64,000 nucleotides of DNA from Puccinia triticina. Taxonomy: Eukaryota. Below, one piece after another: positions 23,854-35,559 of this stretch. The notes beneath the pieces are model-generated. The model had not been told where the DNA came from, did not search any database, and was given only the letters and a program-made list of their open reading frames with translations. The number at the start of each line of letters is the position of its first letter. Position 1 is the stretch's first letter. The stretch is from positions 5,270,001 through 5,334,000 of the forward strand of contig CP110439.1 in NCBI GenBank assembly GCA_026914245.1, in the 5' to 3' direction. Position numbers and translations under genes: made by a program.

Positions 23854-24935
23854 ATGCTTTGTTGGTTGGTACTGCTTACAGTTAAGTATACTCCTGAATA
23901 GATGGTAGATTTACATATTTTTCAATCCAATTCAACAGCTGACAGCTGTTTTCTTTTTGCAGCAAATCCTTGGAGGGGTCTTAGGGGCTGAGTTTTCCTT
24001 AGAAAATGCTCAACATTCTTCCAGCTTTTTAGGTCCACAAACAACAGAGGCCTCCACCAGCCATTTCACCACACCCATCTCTCATCAACATCCATCCAAT
24101 CAAGATGAACTGGCTTTGGATATTGAACCATCTGACCAGATTAGTTCCTGTGTAAGTGTGCCCCAATGTATGATCTTTGATGTTAATTTCCAACCTCCCT
24201 CTTGCCTTGGTGGGGATCATCATTTGTTGACTTTGTGACCTTGCTATGGGCATGGGCATTTATGAGAAGCCTGAGACAAGGATCAAAATGGATGAAGAAG
24301 AAAAAATAAAACCAATTCCAGGAAATTCAAGCATTGAGCCACCTATTGCTCATCCCACATCAAGCAGTGACACCCTTCAGAAATCCATCCTGGTTGCAGA
24401 TCTACCAAAAGAAAATGCTAGATCTGAATCTTCTGGTGAAAAACCTGATGGTGAAAAAGGACAAGAAATTGAAGATTGTCCAGTATGTCTACAGCAGTTA
24501 GTAATAGAAGCTCCTGGACAAGCAGTTGTTTTCATTACTTGCCAACACCGCTTCCATCTCAGCTGTATTGATGACTGGTTAAAGAAGGGCACACTCACTT
24601 GTCCAATCTGTCGAAGGCCAGTTGAAGTGGGAGATTCAGAGATGATGGACTTATTTACCAAGGATCCCGTCTTGTTAGAAGTTGTTCGACCCGCTCACAA
24701 CACCAATCGTTATAATTCCGACCAAGTCGAGCGATGCAGTCCTGATCCTTCTACTATCTGTTTTGTGTTCTTGGTGTTTCTTTGGGTGTGTTTTACGTTA
24801 GCTTTCTGTCTGCGCTGGTTGCAAGTGAATCACAGGTCAGCAAAATGCATTCCGTCTAGTTGAAATTTTCCTAAAAACATTTACAAACTAATCTCTCTTG
24901 ACTGAATTTTGCAGATTATAAGCTATTTCAGTTGA
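23854..24935 (+). CDS. Signal peptide + RING-H2 + C-terminal hydrophobic helix protein, copy A (4 predicted exons)
   Basis: Exons 23854-23880, 23963-24151, about 24270-24824 and 24915-24935 splice in phase 0; N-terminus MLCWLVLLTQILGGVLGA; CPVC...CQHRFHLSC..W...CPICR; ICFVFLVFLWVCFTLAFCL. Confidence 0.8.
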
Positions 24936-25359
24936 ACATCACTACTGGAGTCTGGTATGTATCCAACTCTCATGAATCCATACCATTCATGGCAGCTGGT
25001 CCTGTTTCCACCTGGCCTGAACTGAAGAAAAACATATATCACTTTGACTCCCTCTCTATCAATCACTTCTATCACACTCTCATTATTCAAGTCATCACCT
25101 TCTCATTCCAGGGTCTTTTCTTCCTTTGCTTTCTCTTTTTCCCTCTCTTCATCTTTTCACCAGCAGTATCCTCACCAGCAAGGTGTGCTACCAACAGCCC
25201 ATGATTTTGGCAGTTGTTTTTCGAAGTCTTCAGAGTTTTTTAAGAAGTATTCTCAATAGAGAATCTCTTTGTGTACTCGGGGCAGGTACCCGGCACCCGC
25301 CTTTCACCCGCCGGGTGGTGCGCATGTTTTTTTTGGAAAAAGCGGTGCCGTACCCGGGT

Positions 25360-25450
25360 CGAGCTTAACTAAACCTCTCCGAGGAGGCGCGAAGCGTCTC
25401 CGAAGGAGACTCGCACCCCGCGAGCACGGGAGGGACTTGTGTTAAGTTCG
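25360..25450. mobile_element. 91-bp mini hairpin-TIR element
   Basis: CGAGCTTAAC...GTTAAGTTCG; 8-bp TSD ACCCGGGT; equals the two ends of 26215-30014 fused together. Confidence 0.88.
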
Positions 25451-25874
25451 ACCCGGGTACCCTCTCAGGTACATACCCCCCCAGCTTCACCGGATGAGAC
25501 AGAAGGTAGGTTGATATCCCTACCTGCGCAAGCCAGTCATCGAAGGGCAAATCCCTCTCAAAGACCGGCCCAGCCCAGCCCGTGCCGGGCATCAAGAGGG
25601 TTGTGTTTTCCCTGATGACCGGTTTTCACCGGTCATCAAGAGGGATACAATGTACATGCTCAAAGCAACACAAAGGACTGCCATTACCAGTCAGTGCTGG
25701 GTGCCTATTTTAGGTCAAGAAAAGACCGGTGCCCGCGTACCGATTGTATCTGGGTCCACAGAGAGATTGTCTAATCCTTAAGGTTTGATTCAAACACCTA
25801 ACCAAGAAATGAATGAAAGCCCACATAAGTTAGAAGAAGAAGAAAAAAAAAAAAAGTAAATCAACTTGGTATGA

Positions 25875-28800
25875 TTAAAGGTTTTTGGCAGCTTGGACTA
25901 AGTTATGAATAGCTTTTTTCATTAGAGCGTCCCATGTAACAAACCAATCCTGGTAGTAATTCCAATATTTGAGATTGCTGACTAAGGGAACCAGATAGCG
26001 GAGTAAAGAATGGGATGGAACTTCAGAATTACAAGCAATATTTTTGGCTGTTTGAGTGATGGACTGGATATCAATAGGTGTATTTCCAAAACTCGCATCA
26101 GCTTTTTTAATTAGGGCTAGCATTATCGAGTGATTGGCATAAATGTTTTCAGCCAATTCGCATAAAGCTTTGAGTTCAAGAGAATTCATGTGGGTAAATA
26201 AGGGTAAGGATTTGCGAGCTTAACTAAGCCTCTCCAAGGAGGCGTGAAGCGTCTCCGAAGGAGAGGCTTAGGACTAAAGTCACATTCTTTGCCTGAGGCT
26301 GACAGGGTTTTGCGCAGAAAATCACATATTTTGTATTTACATCTCTATTCCCTCTCCCTCTCAACTTGAAATTCAAAGCCCCATATGCCAGGTTATAGCT
26401 CTCAATCTGAGCTGTCCTGTACATATTTTTTCAAGTAGAACCATCAAAAACTGGCCGCTTAGTGGCCATTCTGGTGAGGGCTATTCCTGAGCAATGCGAA
26501 GAAGCCATCGGATTATCCAAAGGTTGAGGTAGGACATGCTCTCACGGGTTTTCCAGTATTGCATTAACTAGAGGCCAAGGCGGCTTCGCCGCTGCAAGGT
26601 TCAACTGTTTTTCCAGCATAATTGATAGCTCCAACACCTTGCAAGCATAGTCACCATCTCGCAAAACCTTGCTAAGTGCCTGTATTGTACTTTCTTGGAT
26701 AGGAAGTACACCCTCCCAATGACGCAGGACTTCATCCATTCAGACTCAAGTGGAAAGCCTGAGGCTATGAGAGCAGCTTCACAAAGTCACATTTCAACAA
26801 AAATAAAGTTTGACTTTTGGCAAACTGGATTCAATCCATACATTGCTTTGTTCATGAACAAGTTAAGAGATGATCAGATTGTGTCAAAAACAAGTGAGAG
26901 GCAGATAAAACCTCAATGAGAGGATGGCAACAGGTGACATGGTGAGTACAAGAAGCTGGGGATAATTGTGATCTCTAAATATTTTTGAACAATGATGTTT
27001 GAATTTTGCAACTGAGAACTTGAGTTTGGTGGGTACACCTACAAGTTTTGTCCTAGAAGAAGAAACAGGGGGAATTGGTCTGACAGTGTGTCCAAGGCGC
27101 AGGTCAAGGATGGTATGGGCCTGTGTGTTTGACATGAACCCCACCTGCGAGTCCAACCAGATGTTGATGCAGCTCTTGGGCCCCATGATCTTTGCCAGCT
27201 TCAATACCATCCAACTGATCATCAGTATGCAAATAAAAAGAACCACGGGAACTGTATGGACAAGACGTACTTTTTTAGGCTAGGAAATGCATAGTTTACC
27301 TCTTTACGGGCACGGCGGACCTCTTGAAACCCCGCTCCAGACAAACTGCCAACAGCCAACTCCTGCCCAGCAAGACCAGTCGGATGAGCAGATGGGGCAT
27401 GTTCTTCACTGAAGGCATTGAGCTCTGCGCGGACGCGTTTCTTCTTAGCTACTGGGTGTTTCTCCCAGCCTTGGTCTTGACTGGGCTGAGATTCATCCAG
27501 GCCATCCTCCGTGTCTTCTTTTGTCAGGCCCGAGTCCCACCGTTTCACACTTGTTGGCTGGCTCGCTAATGTTGCATTGCCCAGATCACTGCCTGACGGC
27601 TTTGGGTCCGCCACCTCGTCCTGCCATCGCGATCTTGTAGTGGGGGCTACACCCTTTGGGGATGGGAGAGTGTGCATTGGTAACAAAAACTGAGCGGGAG
27701 AAACATTTTCAAGGATGTGTAGAGGAGTCAGACTTGTCTGTCTCTGCTTTCTCAATCATCACTAAGTTTTCTGGAAAGCCATTGGGTATCTTCTATCAGG
27801 GCCTTTTGATCTTTCGGGCGCGTATTAACGTGTTTGTTCTCATAAAGCTCAGCGGCATCTTTGTCATCTTCAGAGTCTTGGTCGCTGTCAGATGAATTTT
27901 TGGATGATGAGGATTGATTGAGCTGACTCATAGCACAATTTTGTATCAAAAAGCTTCCTGAACAAGTGTGGGCATCTTCCAAACTTTGATTTTTGGCGTC
28001 ATCGTCAGAGTCCTGCGTTTCAGATTGACCTTTGACCCCTCTTCTGTGACCTCAAGTTGAGCAGGTTGTGCAGACGTTGAGTGACCGTTTGGGATCGGCT
28101 CAGATCCAGCTGGCGAGTATGAGGACTTTATGGGGATAGGGACCATCATCTCGTGGCGTAGATTAGGACAAGATGAAACAAACCGGTCTTGTAATGGCTT
28201 CGGGGGCTGATACAATGGACCCAACGAAGATCCGCCAGAAACGGGGCACAATATGGTATTGGTCGACTTCGTGGTTGGTGGCTGCATATCTTTCGACCCT
28301 GATTGCCTAACGCCAGCGATGAGAAAGTCAAGAAATAGGTGTAGTCGGGCAGGCTACAAGGCTATGGAAATGGGCCTGCGGCGGAGCAAAGCTACACGCG
28401 GCTAAATGACGAAGAAAAAGATGTCTGGATTTCCAACAACAGAGGATGGATGCGGAAAACAGACATACAAGAGAGGCCCTTTTATAAGGGCCGGCAATGG
28501 AAAAGAAAGCCAAACAACAAGAAGAAACCAATGAATAGTAGTTCAACGGTACAGGCAATATGGGCGTGTACAGATCACGCCTGGTCTGAGAAAGGAAGGA
28601 AGAAACAGAAACCCACAACCCCTTGCGTGCAGTACGCAGGGGCTTCGGCACCTCTAACTCCTGGCTTGTGCGGAGCCGGAGCCGAAGCCGGAAAAACCTA
28701 ACACGCGTACAGCGCGCCCCTAGTATGAGCGCCTGTTGCGTAACCAATTGTAGCATGGCTACAGAGGGGAAATGGAGAAACCCAAAGAATAAAAAACTTG

Positions 28801-30466
28801 AATGACTGAAGAAAAGCACCTAGCTACATAAACATAAAAAATAAATCTAATTACGTGATTGGAACTATGGGTTCCACATAGAGTGAGCAGTACGCACCAT
28901 AGTTCAATGAGTACAGTTGATTATGAGTGATCCTCTGCCCCGCTGCATTTGTTTATAAAGCTAAGACAATACTCTTCAGGGTCGGTAGAGAACTGGATTC
29001 TCCTGCGCTCACGTAGCGCCAGCAACTTGGCCCGACTTTGGCCAGGGAGTAGAGCAGGTAGCGAGTTGATTTCACTTTCCAGTAGCGCACAACCGATGTG
29101 TCGACCAGGAAGGCCAGAAGATCCAAGCAGTAGCTAACGCCTCGCGGGTCAAAAATCCATCGGCAGCGTGGCGGTGGCGTTGTTGTCAAGAATACATGCA
29201 AGCGGAGTCAAGATCAAGGCTTGCATCGGTCAATGGTGTATACATAAAAGGGGGGCTGCTCTTGGGTTACAATATCCCCCAGGCGTCCTCTGCCGCTGTA
29301 CTTACAGCGTGCAGTTTGTCCTTGCCCCCTCCGCTGTTGCACTTGCGCAGTTTGAGAGGCTAAACTTGTTGGCCCCCCTTTGCATGATGCCTTAACTGGG
29401 CGCGCTGGGGGTCATCCGTGTTTCGTCTTTTAAACCTGCTAGGCAGGAAGGGAAAATTCACAAAAAAAAAAATTGTGTTAATTTGTATTTAGAGCTAATT
29501 AGTGTTTGTGAATCTTGTAAAATTGTTAGTGGTCTTTTTTTTTGTTTATGTGCCCAAGTATAGGGGGAACCCTTGATCCTGAATTCTATGTTTTGCTGTC
29601 TTGAATAAACTTGGATATGGGCAGGTCTCTCAAGTGCATAAGCAAGGAGTCCCACAGGGTTTGACATATGATGACAAACCTTAATTTCATGTGTTTAGGC
29701 CGGACTGGCTATCCGGTTTAGATCAGGCGGGATAGGCTCCCAGGTGGAATTTCTACATCATTTTTTTTTCCAGTGGATGGTGATAGGTGTTGTTTTGAAC
29801 ACATGAGATTATGTAGAAACAAAAGCAGATTCTAATGGTACCAGAGGCTGGGAAAAAATCAGAGGGGATGCGGTGATATGGGGGTTAGAAGGATTTTTTC
29901 AACATTTGGCTGTGCAGCCTCAAGCCAAATGTTGGACATTAGGCACAAGTCCCTCCCGCAAGCGGGAGGGTGCTCGCGCCCTGCGAGCACAGGGAGGGAC
30001 TTGTGTTAAGTTCAAAGGATTTGTGAGTATCAGTATAAAAAACGGACAATTTATAGAAAAATAGATATGATGGCCGTAAGGGGAGTATTGCTAAGCGAGC
30101 AAGGTGGATGATTGGTTGATGGTTCAATCGGTCTTCGCCGGCGCGTCTCCGGGGGACATTTGGATTGACCAGCATTTTGGAATCTTGAAGTAGATGATAG
30201 ATTTTTCCGACCGGGTCGTCCACCAAAGCTTTGACGATATCTAATTCAGATCCCTTCAAGTGTTCAATTGCGAACCTGAGCGAAATCCCTACACTCCTGG
30301 CCCTGCACATGAAGCTCCAATGTACAGCGCCATTATCAAAGAATTCCCCCGTTGGGTCCCTGCTACCGTCGATGTATCCAGAGGCCGTGCTAAAGAGGTG
30401 GCAGATCATCTGGAGTGCGGATTGTAACTTCTTTTGGAGTCCAAGAAGCCTATAGACCTTGAATTG
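25875..30466 (-). pseudogene. Disrupted copy of the 40200-41303 gene
   Basis: Split by the 26215-30014 insertion; 5' part replaced by the Gypsy LTR at 30467. Confidence 0.92.
26215..30014. mobile_element. 3.8-kb hairpin-TIR DNA transposon with a decayed internal gene
   Basis: CGAGCTTAAC...GTTAAGTTCA; 9-bp TSD AAGGATTTG; the empty site is visible in the paralog at about 40531. Confidence 0.92.
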
Positions 30467-31596
30467 TGTCAGGCGCGGTGATGCCAAGAGTACGTGTACT
30501 CATCTAGCTACACCGGTGACTGTGCACGGTGCGATGGAGCGCGCAGAAAATGCGCGGTGAAAGTGCAAAGTAACTGCGGACAGTTACTTCTAATGAACCC
30601 AAAAAAGGGGTTAAACGGAGGGGCCAGGGGCGCCTGGGGTGGTTTAGTGCCCTCCGTGGTTCTTACAGGGCCTGCGCACGAGATGCGCAGGGGTTGTTGT
30701 AACCTGTGACTTCTGGGGGCGCAGGGGTTGTTGTAACCTGTGACTTCTGGGGCCCTTGAAAAGGGGGTCTTTGCGCGATGAATTGCTCCCAGGATATGGA
30801 TAGGGATGCTAATCCCGATAGAAGGGAAAAAACGCAGACTTACTTTTAAAAGGAAGTCTGCGGCAAAAAAAAACACAAGTGATCCAAAGGAAACCAAAGT
30901 CAAGGCAAAGTCAGGCTGGCGCACTGGTTGGTAAGACAAGGGCAAGACTGGTGAGGTGTTGAGTTGGTTAAAAGGTATCTGAGGGGCCTTCATTCGCCCA
31001 AAGGCCCTCGATTATATATTTGGGCTACAACCGGTAGGGTTGTAGCTCTCATTGCAAATGCTTCCTTGATCTCTCGGCCAGAAGAATGTGTGCGTCTGAC
31101 GGGAGTGAAGGGGGATTCTACTAGTCCCTTCGCTCCCGTTCATTTTATTTGAAATGTGATCTTTTTGCTATTCCTCAGTTCAAGGAATAGCATGGTTTCA
31201 GATCTGTGTTACTCATTGGCCGGGGAAGGAGGAGTAGTATAGTTCTGTTCCTCTCCTCCCCGGCCAAAGTCTTTCTATTTCTCAGGGGGACTACTCTTGG
31301 TTTAGTAGTCTCTTGAGAGTGTATGGCAACCGGTTCTCTTGGCCTGAGAATGGGTTTGAACTATTATATTGTGTCTTCTCCTGCCAATTTCTGCGGCCGG
31401 AGCTATTATTCCTACTCTTCTAAGGGAGCTTTTTGTCTTTTTATTCTATGCGCGGCGCTCCGCGCCGCAGCTCAAACTTTCCAAGAAAGAAGTTAATTTT
31501 TGTACGCGGCGCTCTGCGCCGCTATTAGTACATACATTTTTGGTAATGTTATAATAGTTAGCCGGGCTTTAACTTATTATAGTAGCCTGGCTGACA
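30467..31596 (-). repeat. 3' LTR (~1130 bp) of the degenerate Gypsy
   Basis: TGTCAG...CTGACA termini, bounded by the gene breakpoint and the PPT; partner LTR absent. Confidence 0.8.
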
Positions 31597-32611
31597 TTCC
31601 CTCCCACCAAGATAAGTTACCCCTAACTTATCTGAGCTATTTACGCTTAGAAACTCTGTAATTGCGTAGGTGAATTGCTCCATCTGGGATATTATTCTTG
31701 GGTAGCCATTCATCTTTATCTGCTGATTGGTTTCTATATCTTACAAGGTATAACCTAGTGTCTTTACCTGAACCTCTCTCTTTTTTATCTTTAAGGATCT
31801 TATGTACTTTAAGTTGCTCCTTTGTAGGTGGCTCCTCTATTGGTACGGGTAAGGGTTTAGGGGCTGGTTCATTCTCTCTGTGAACATATCTTTTTATCAG
31901 GCTCACCAGAAACACTGGATGTTTCCTGCTGAATTCTTCTTCAAGAATCACTTCCACTGCATTTTTACCGTGCAAGTTCTTGATTACAAATGGTCCTACA
32001 AAGGCAGGTTTAAGTTTTCTACAACCTCCCAAATTGTTAAAATTTACTGTAGAAAGAAGTACTTTTTCTCCTACACAGAATTCTGGTTCTTTATGACTCT
32101 TGTCCCAGCACATCTTACTGTACTCAGCCGCTTCTTGGACACATTTAGCAGGATTTTTATTTGCGGCTTCTAGCATCTGTTTAAAGTCTAAAGCTGTAGG
32201 GTGTGCTAATGCCAATCTATCATTAATTGTATCTTTAGGTAGTCTGGGAATCCAACCCCTTTCTAGGATATACGGTGCTTCTTTAGTAGTAGAGTGCTTA
32301 CTACTATTTTAGGCCATTTCTAGGGCGGGGAGTAGACAAAACCAGTCATGTGTGTAGCCATCACTGTTCTTAAATTCTAGCCCAAAGGCGCAAAACCTTT
32401 GTAGAAGATCTTCTAATGTCTGGATCATTCTTTCTGCTAGGCCATCAGTTTGTGGATGATACACTGTTGAGAAGGCTAATTTGGTACCCAACATATCATG
32501 AAGGTTTTCCAAAATTCTGACGTGAATTTTGGATCTCTGTTGCTGATAATAATTTTTGGAATACCCACATCAGCCATGATTCTGTTCCAGAATAACATAG
32601 GTACCTCCATA

Positions 32612-33704
32612 CACCAGGGGAGATATGTTCCCACTCCCCAGGGAGTGCCAGAGCTGAATTTTATGTGAGTTTTGGTTGGATGTGGGCCTGATGTGGATTA
32701 GTAACGCATCACTAAATGAATTGTAAAGTGGATGTAGAACTGATTCAGAAGTCAGTCAGAATTGTTTTGGGACTCAACACAATGTTGTGTGGAATTCTCT
32801 TGTTTTCTAGGTACAACTGGAGGAAAAAATATGATGAAATGATATTTTACCCAAATCCAACTCATCAATTGCTCCTGTTTGCTGATGTTGAAGGATAGAA
32901 AAGCAAAATTGACATTCTAAAATGTAATTCCTCTGAAAAAATGGGTTTCTTGTAATTCACATCATATGCCCTGATGTACAAAATTAAAGTAAAATTCAAC
33001 TTGGTATTATTGGGTTTAGAATTTTGGAATGTGGTTATAATGTTGCGGTAAAAGTAGTGAAACCCATTTTATTGGAAATGCGGGAATTGATTTGAATTTG
33101 GCTAAAAAAAATGGTGAAAAACTTTTTCAATAGGGTGAAACTCTGATTTAAGTCAAGGTTGGACTGCAGTGCCACTCCAGTTTGACCAGATATCCTTGCC
33201 TCCTCACAAAAATGATCTGGTGTATTTTGCTTTTTTTTGCTTTTCAAAATCCACATGTGCACATGCAAGTGAACTTTTTTGCACTTTGCCAATAGTCACC
33301 CTGATGTACGCGCGTAAATTGATGTAGAAATATCACAGGATGGGCCTTTCACGGCCACATGAAAAGTAAAAGCTTTGCGTTGAGACACCAATTGTCCCCC
33401 TGATGTACGCGAGTACATGAGGGGGACAATATCAGAGGCTGGACCTCTCACATCTCCACAAAAAGGACACACTGGTCACAGAGCCAAGAAAGGCCTATAT
33501 TCTGGTGGAATTCTAGATGAGTTCTGGATGATTTCTTGGTAAGTTATGGTTTATTTCAGGATGATTTCCAGCTGATTTCCACAGCTGACTTCCAGTCTTT
33601 TTCATACCTATCCAATTCTTATTTACCAAAGGCCTCCAGCACAGTTATGTAAAAACGTTATGGTAGGGCACTCCCTGGGTAGTGGGAACATATCTCCCCT
33701 GGTG
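32612..33704. mobile_element. Non-autonomous CAC-terminal (CACTA/Mirage/Chapaev-like) element
   Basis: ~38-bp TIR CACCAGGGGAGATATGTTCCCACT...; 4-bp TSD CATA; removal restores integrase [13 protein letters not shown]. Confidence 0.9.
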
Positions 33705-35157
33705 CATAGCGGTATCATCTTTGTGATGTGGTATAAACCTAGCTCTTTTGGAAACTCTATCTACTACTACGAGGACGGAGTTATAAGAGAAGGCTCCTCC
33801 CGGTGGTAGTCCTGTCACAAATTCCATGTTAATGATTTCCCACCTAGTTTTGGGTTCTGCTATAGTCTGTAATAATTCAAATCTTTTTCTAGTCTGTTTA
33901 TTGGCTTTTTGGCATGTTTCACAGGATTTAACATATGCTTTAGTTTGATTTTTCCAATCAACCCACCATGCTGTCTGTTTAATCCTTTCCAAGGTCCTAT
34001 CTTAGGAGAAGTGACCTGCGCCAGCATTGTCATGGCATTCATACAACATATTTTTAATGTGATTTTCTTTACTCAGAACTATCACACTGGAATGTCTATG
34101 TCTAAATTATATTATGCCATCTAACAGAGTTAACTGTCCTGCTTTATATGGGGTCAATAGGTATTCTGGTAAGCTAGCAATCAATTCTGGAGCACTGTTT
34201 TCATTATCCAGGATATTGATTAATTTGAGAAGTTATAAATCTTCACTATAGCTGATTCTGACTTCTTCAAAGAATGTGTTGTCAATGTCACATACATGGA
34301 TGCCCAAAATGGGGAATACATCCTCATCCTCCGGATCATAGGCAGGATTATCTGGCGTATTAGGCAAAGCCCACCTACTCAGTCCATTGGCATTAGTATG
34401 CTTAGCGCCAGCCCTATGGATAATGGTCATATGTCCTCTATACTGCTGTATTGCAATTTGCCATCTGAGCATGTGAAGGTTAGGTGTCTTCATGTTCATT
34501 AAAGTCCGTACTGCTATACAATCTGTAACTACAATGATTTTATAACCTTCCAGGTAATAGTGTAGTTTCTCTAAGGCCCATACAAGACATAAAAATTCCA
34601 TTTGACTGGCTCCATATCCCATCTCTGTTTTCCGGACTTGTCTAGAAATGAACAGAACAGGTTTTTCTACCGGAATTCCATCAATTATGAATTCCTGATG
34701 CAAAGCCGCTCCTATGCCTTCAAAGCAAGCATCTATGTACAGTATAAATGGCAAAGAGTAGTCTGGTTGCGCAGTACAGGAGCTGTAGTAATGAGCCTTT
34801 TTAGTTGCTCATATTGCTCTACTCTCCCATACGTCATCTCAAAGAAGAAATCTTTGCTACATAGCTCGTATAGACTTTTTGAGATGTTTGCAAATTTAGG
34901 GATATGCTGTCTGTAATAACTACAAAATCCCAGAAATGACTGCATTTCTGTCATTGTCTGCGGCATAGGTTTAAGTAGAACTGCGGCTACTCTGTTCTGA
35001 TTTATGGCTAGAGATAATCCGGAGACTATATGACCTAAAGCCTTGAGTTCTTGAAAACCAAAATTACATTTCTTGATTGACATTTTCAAGCCTGCTGTGA
35101 TAGCTGTACGGAGGACCAGACTTATTTTTTCTAAATGATCCTCCCAGTTGGTAGAAT

Positions 35158-35559
35158 CAAGGGTGTAACAGCTGCGCTACGCGCTTTTTTCTGTATCTCC
35201 AAAAATAGATGGCAAGATGTCAGAAGTAAACATATTATTTTGGATATTCAGAATTCTCCTGCACCCAGGAATCAAAAGTGCATCTTTGTATTCTTCGCAC
35301 TGGGATTATTTGGCTTTAAATCCATGAAGCAGGTGAGTTTGAAAGCTCAAAACAGCTGCGCTGAAAATAGCGCCCAAATGACACTGCTTCATAGTTTCAA
35401 AGGACTACCACTTCAATAAAGAAAATCAAAAAAAAGCGTTTTTGATTCATGGATGTGGGAGGATCCAGAATATCCAAAAATATTTCTGTAATTATGACAT
35501 CTTGCCATCTATTTTTGGAGATACAGAAAAAAGCGCGTAGCGCAGCTGTTACACCCTTG
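35158..35559. mobile_element. 402-bp MITE with long TIRs and 7-bp TSD (P-element-like termini)
   Basis: ~65-bp TIR starting CAAGGGTGTAACAGCTGCGC; TSD GTAGAAT; inserted just after the RT YIDD motif. Confidence 0.92.

Larger units (their letters stand above)
23607..30466 (+). repeat. Local segmental duplication, copy A (includes a 3.8-kb insertion)
   Basis: 23607-26214 plus 30024-30466 aligns nearly identically to 37811-40982. Confidence 0.95.

Noticed and set aside
30685..30752. 34-bp tandem repeat and nearby hairpins at about 31215-31320
   Set aside because: Ordinary LTR-internal features
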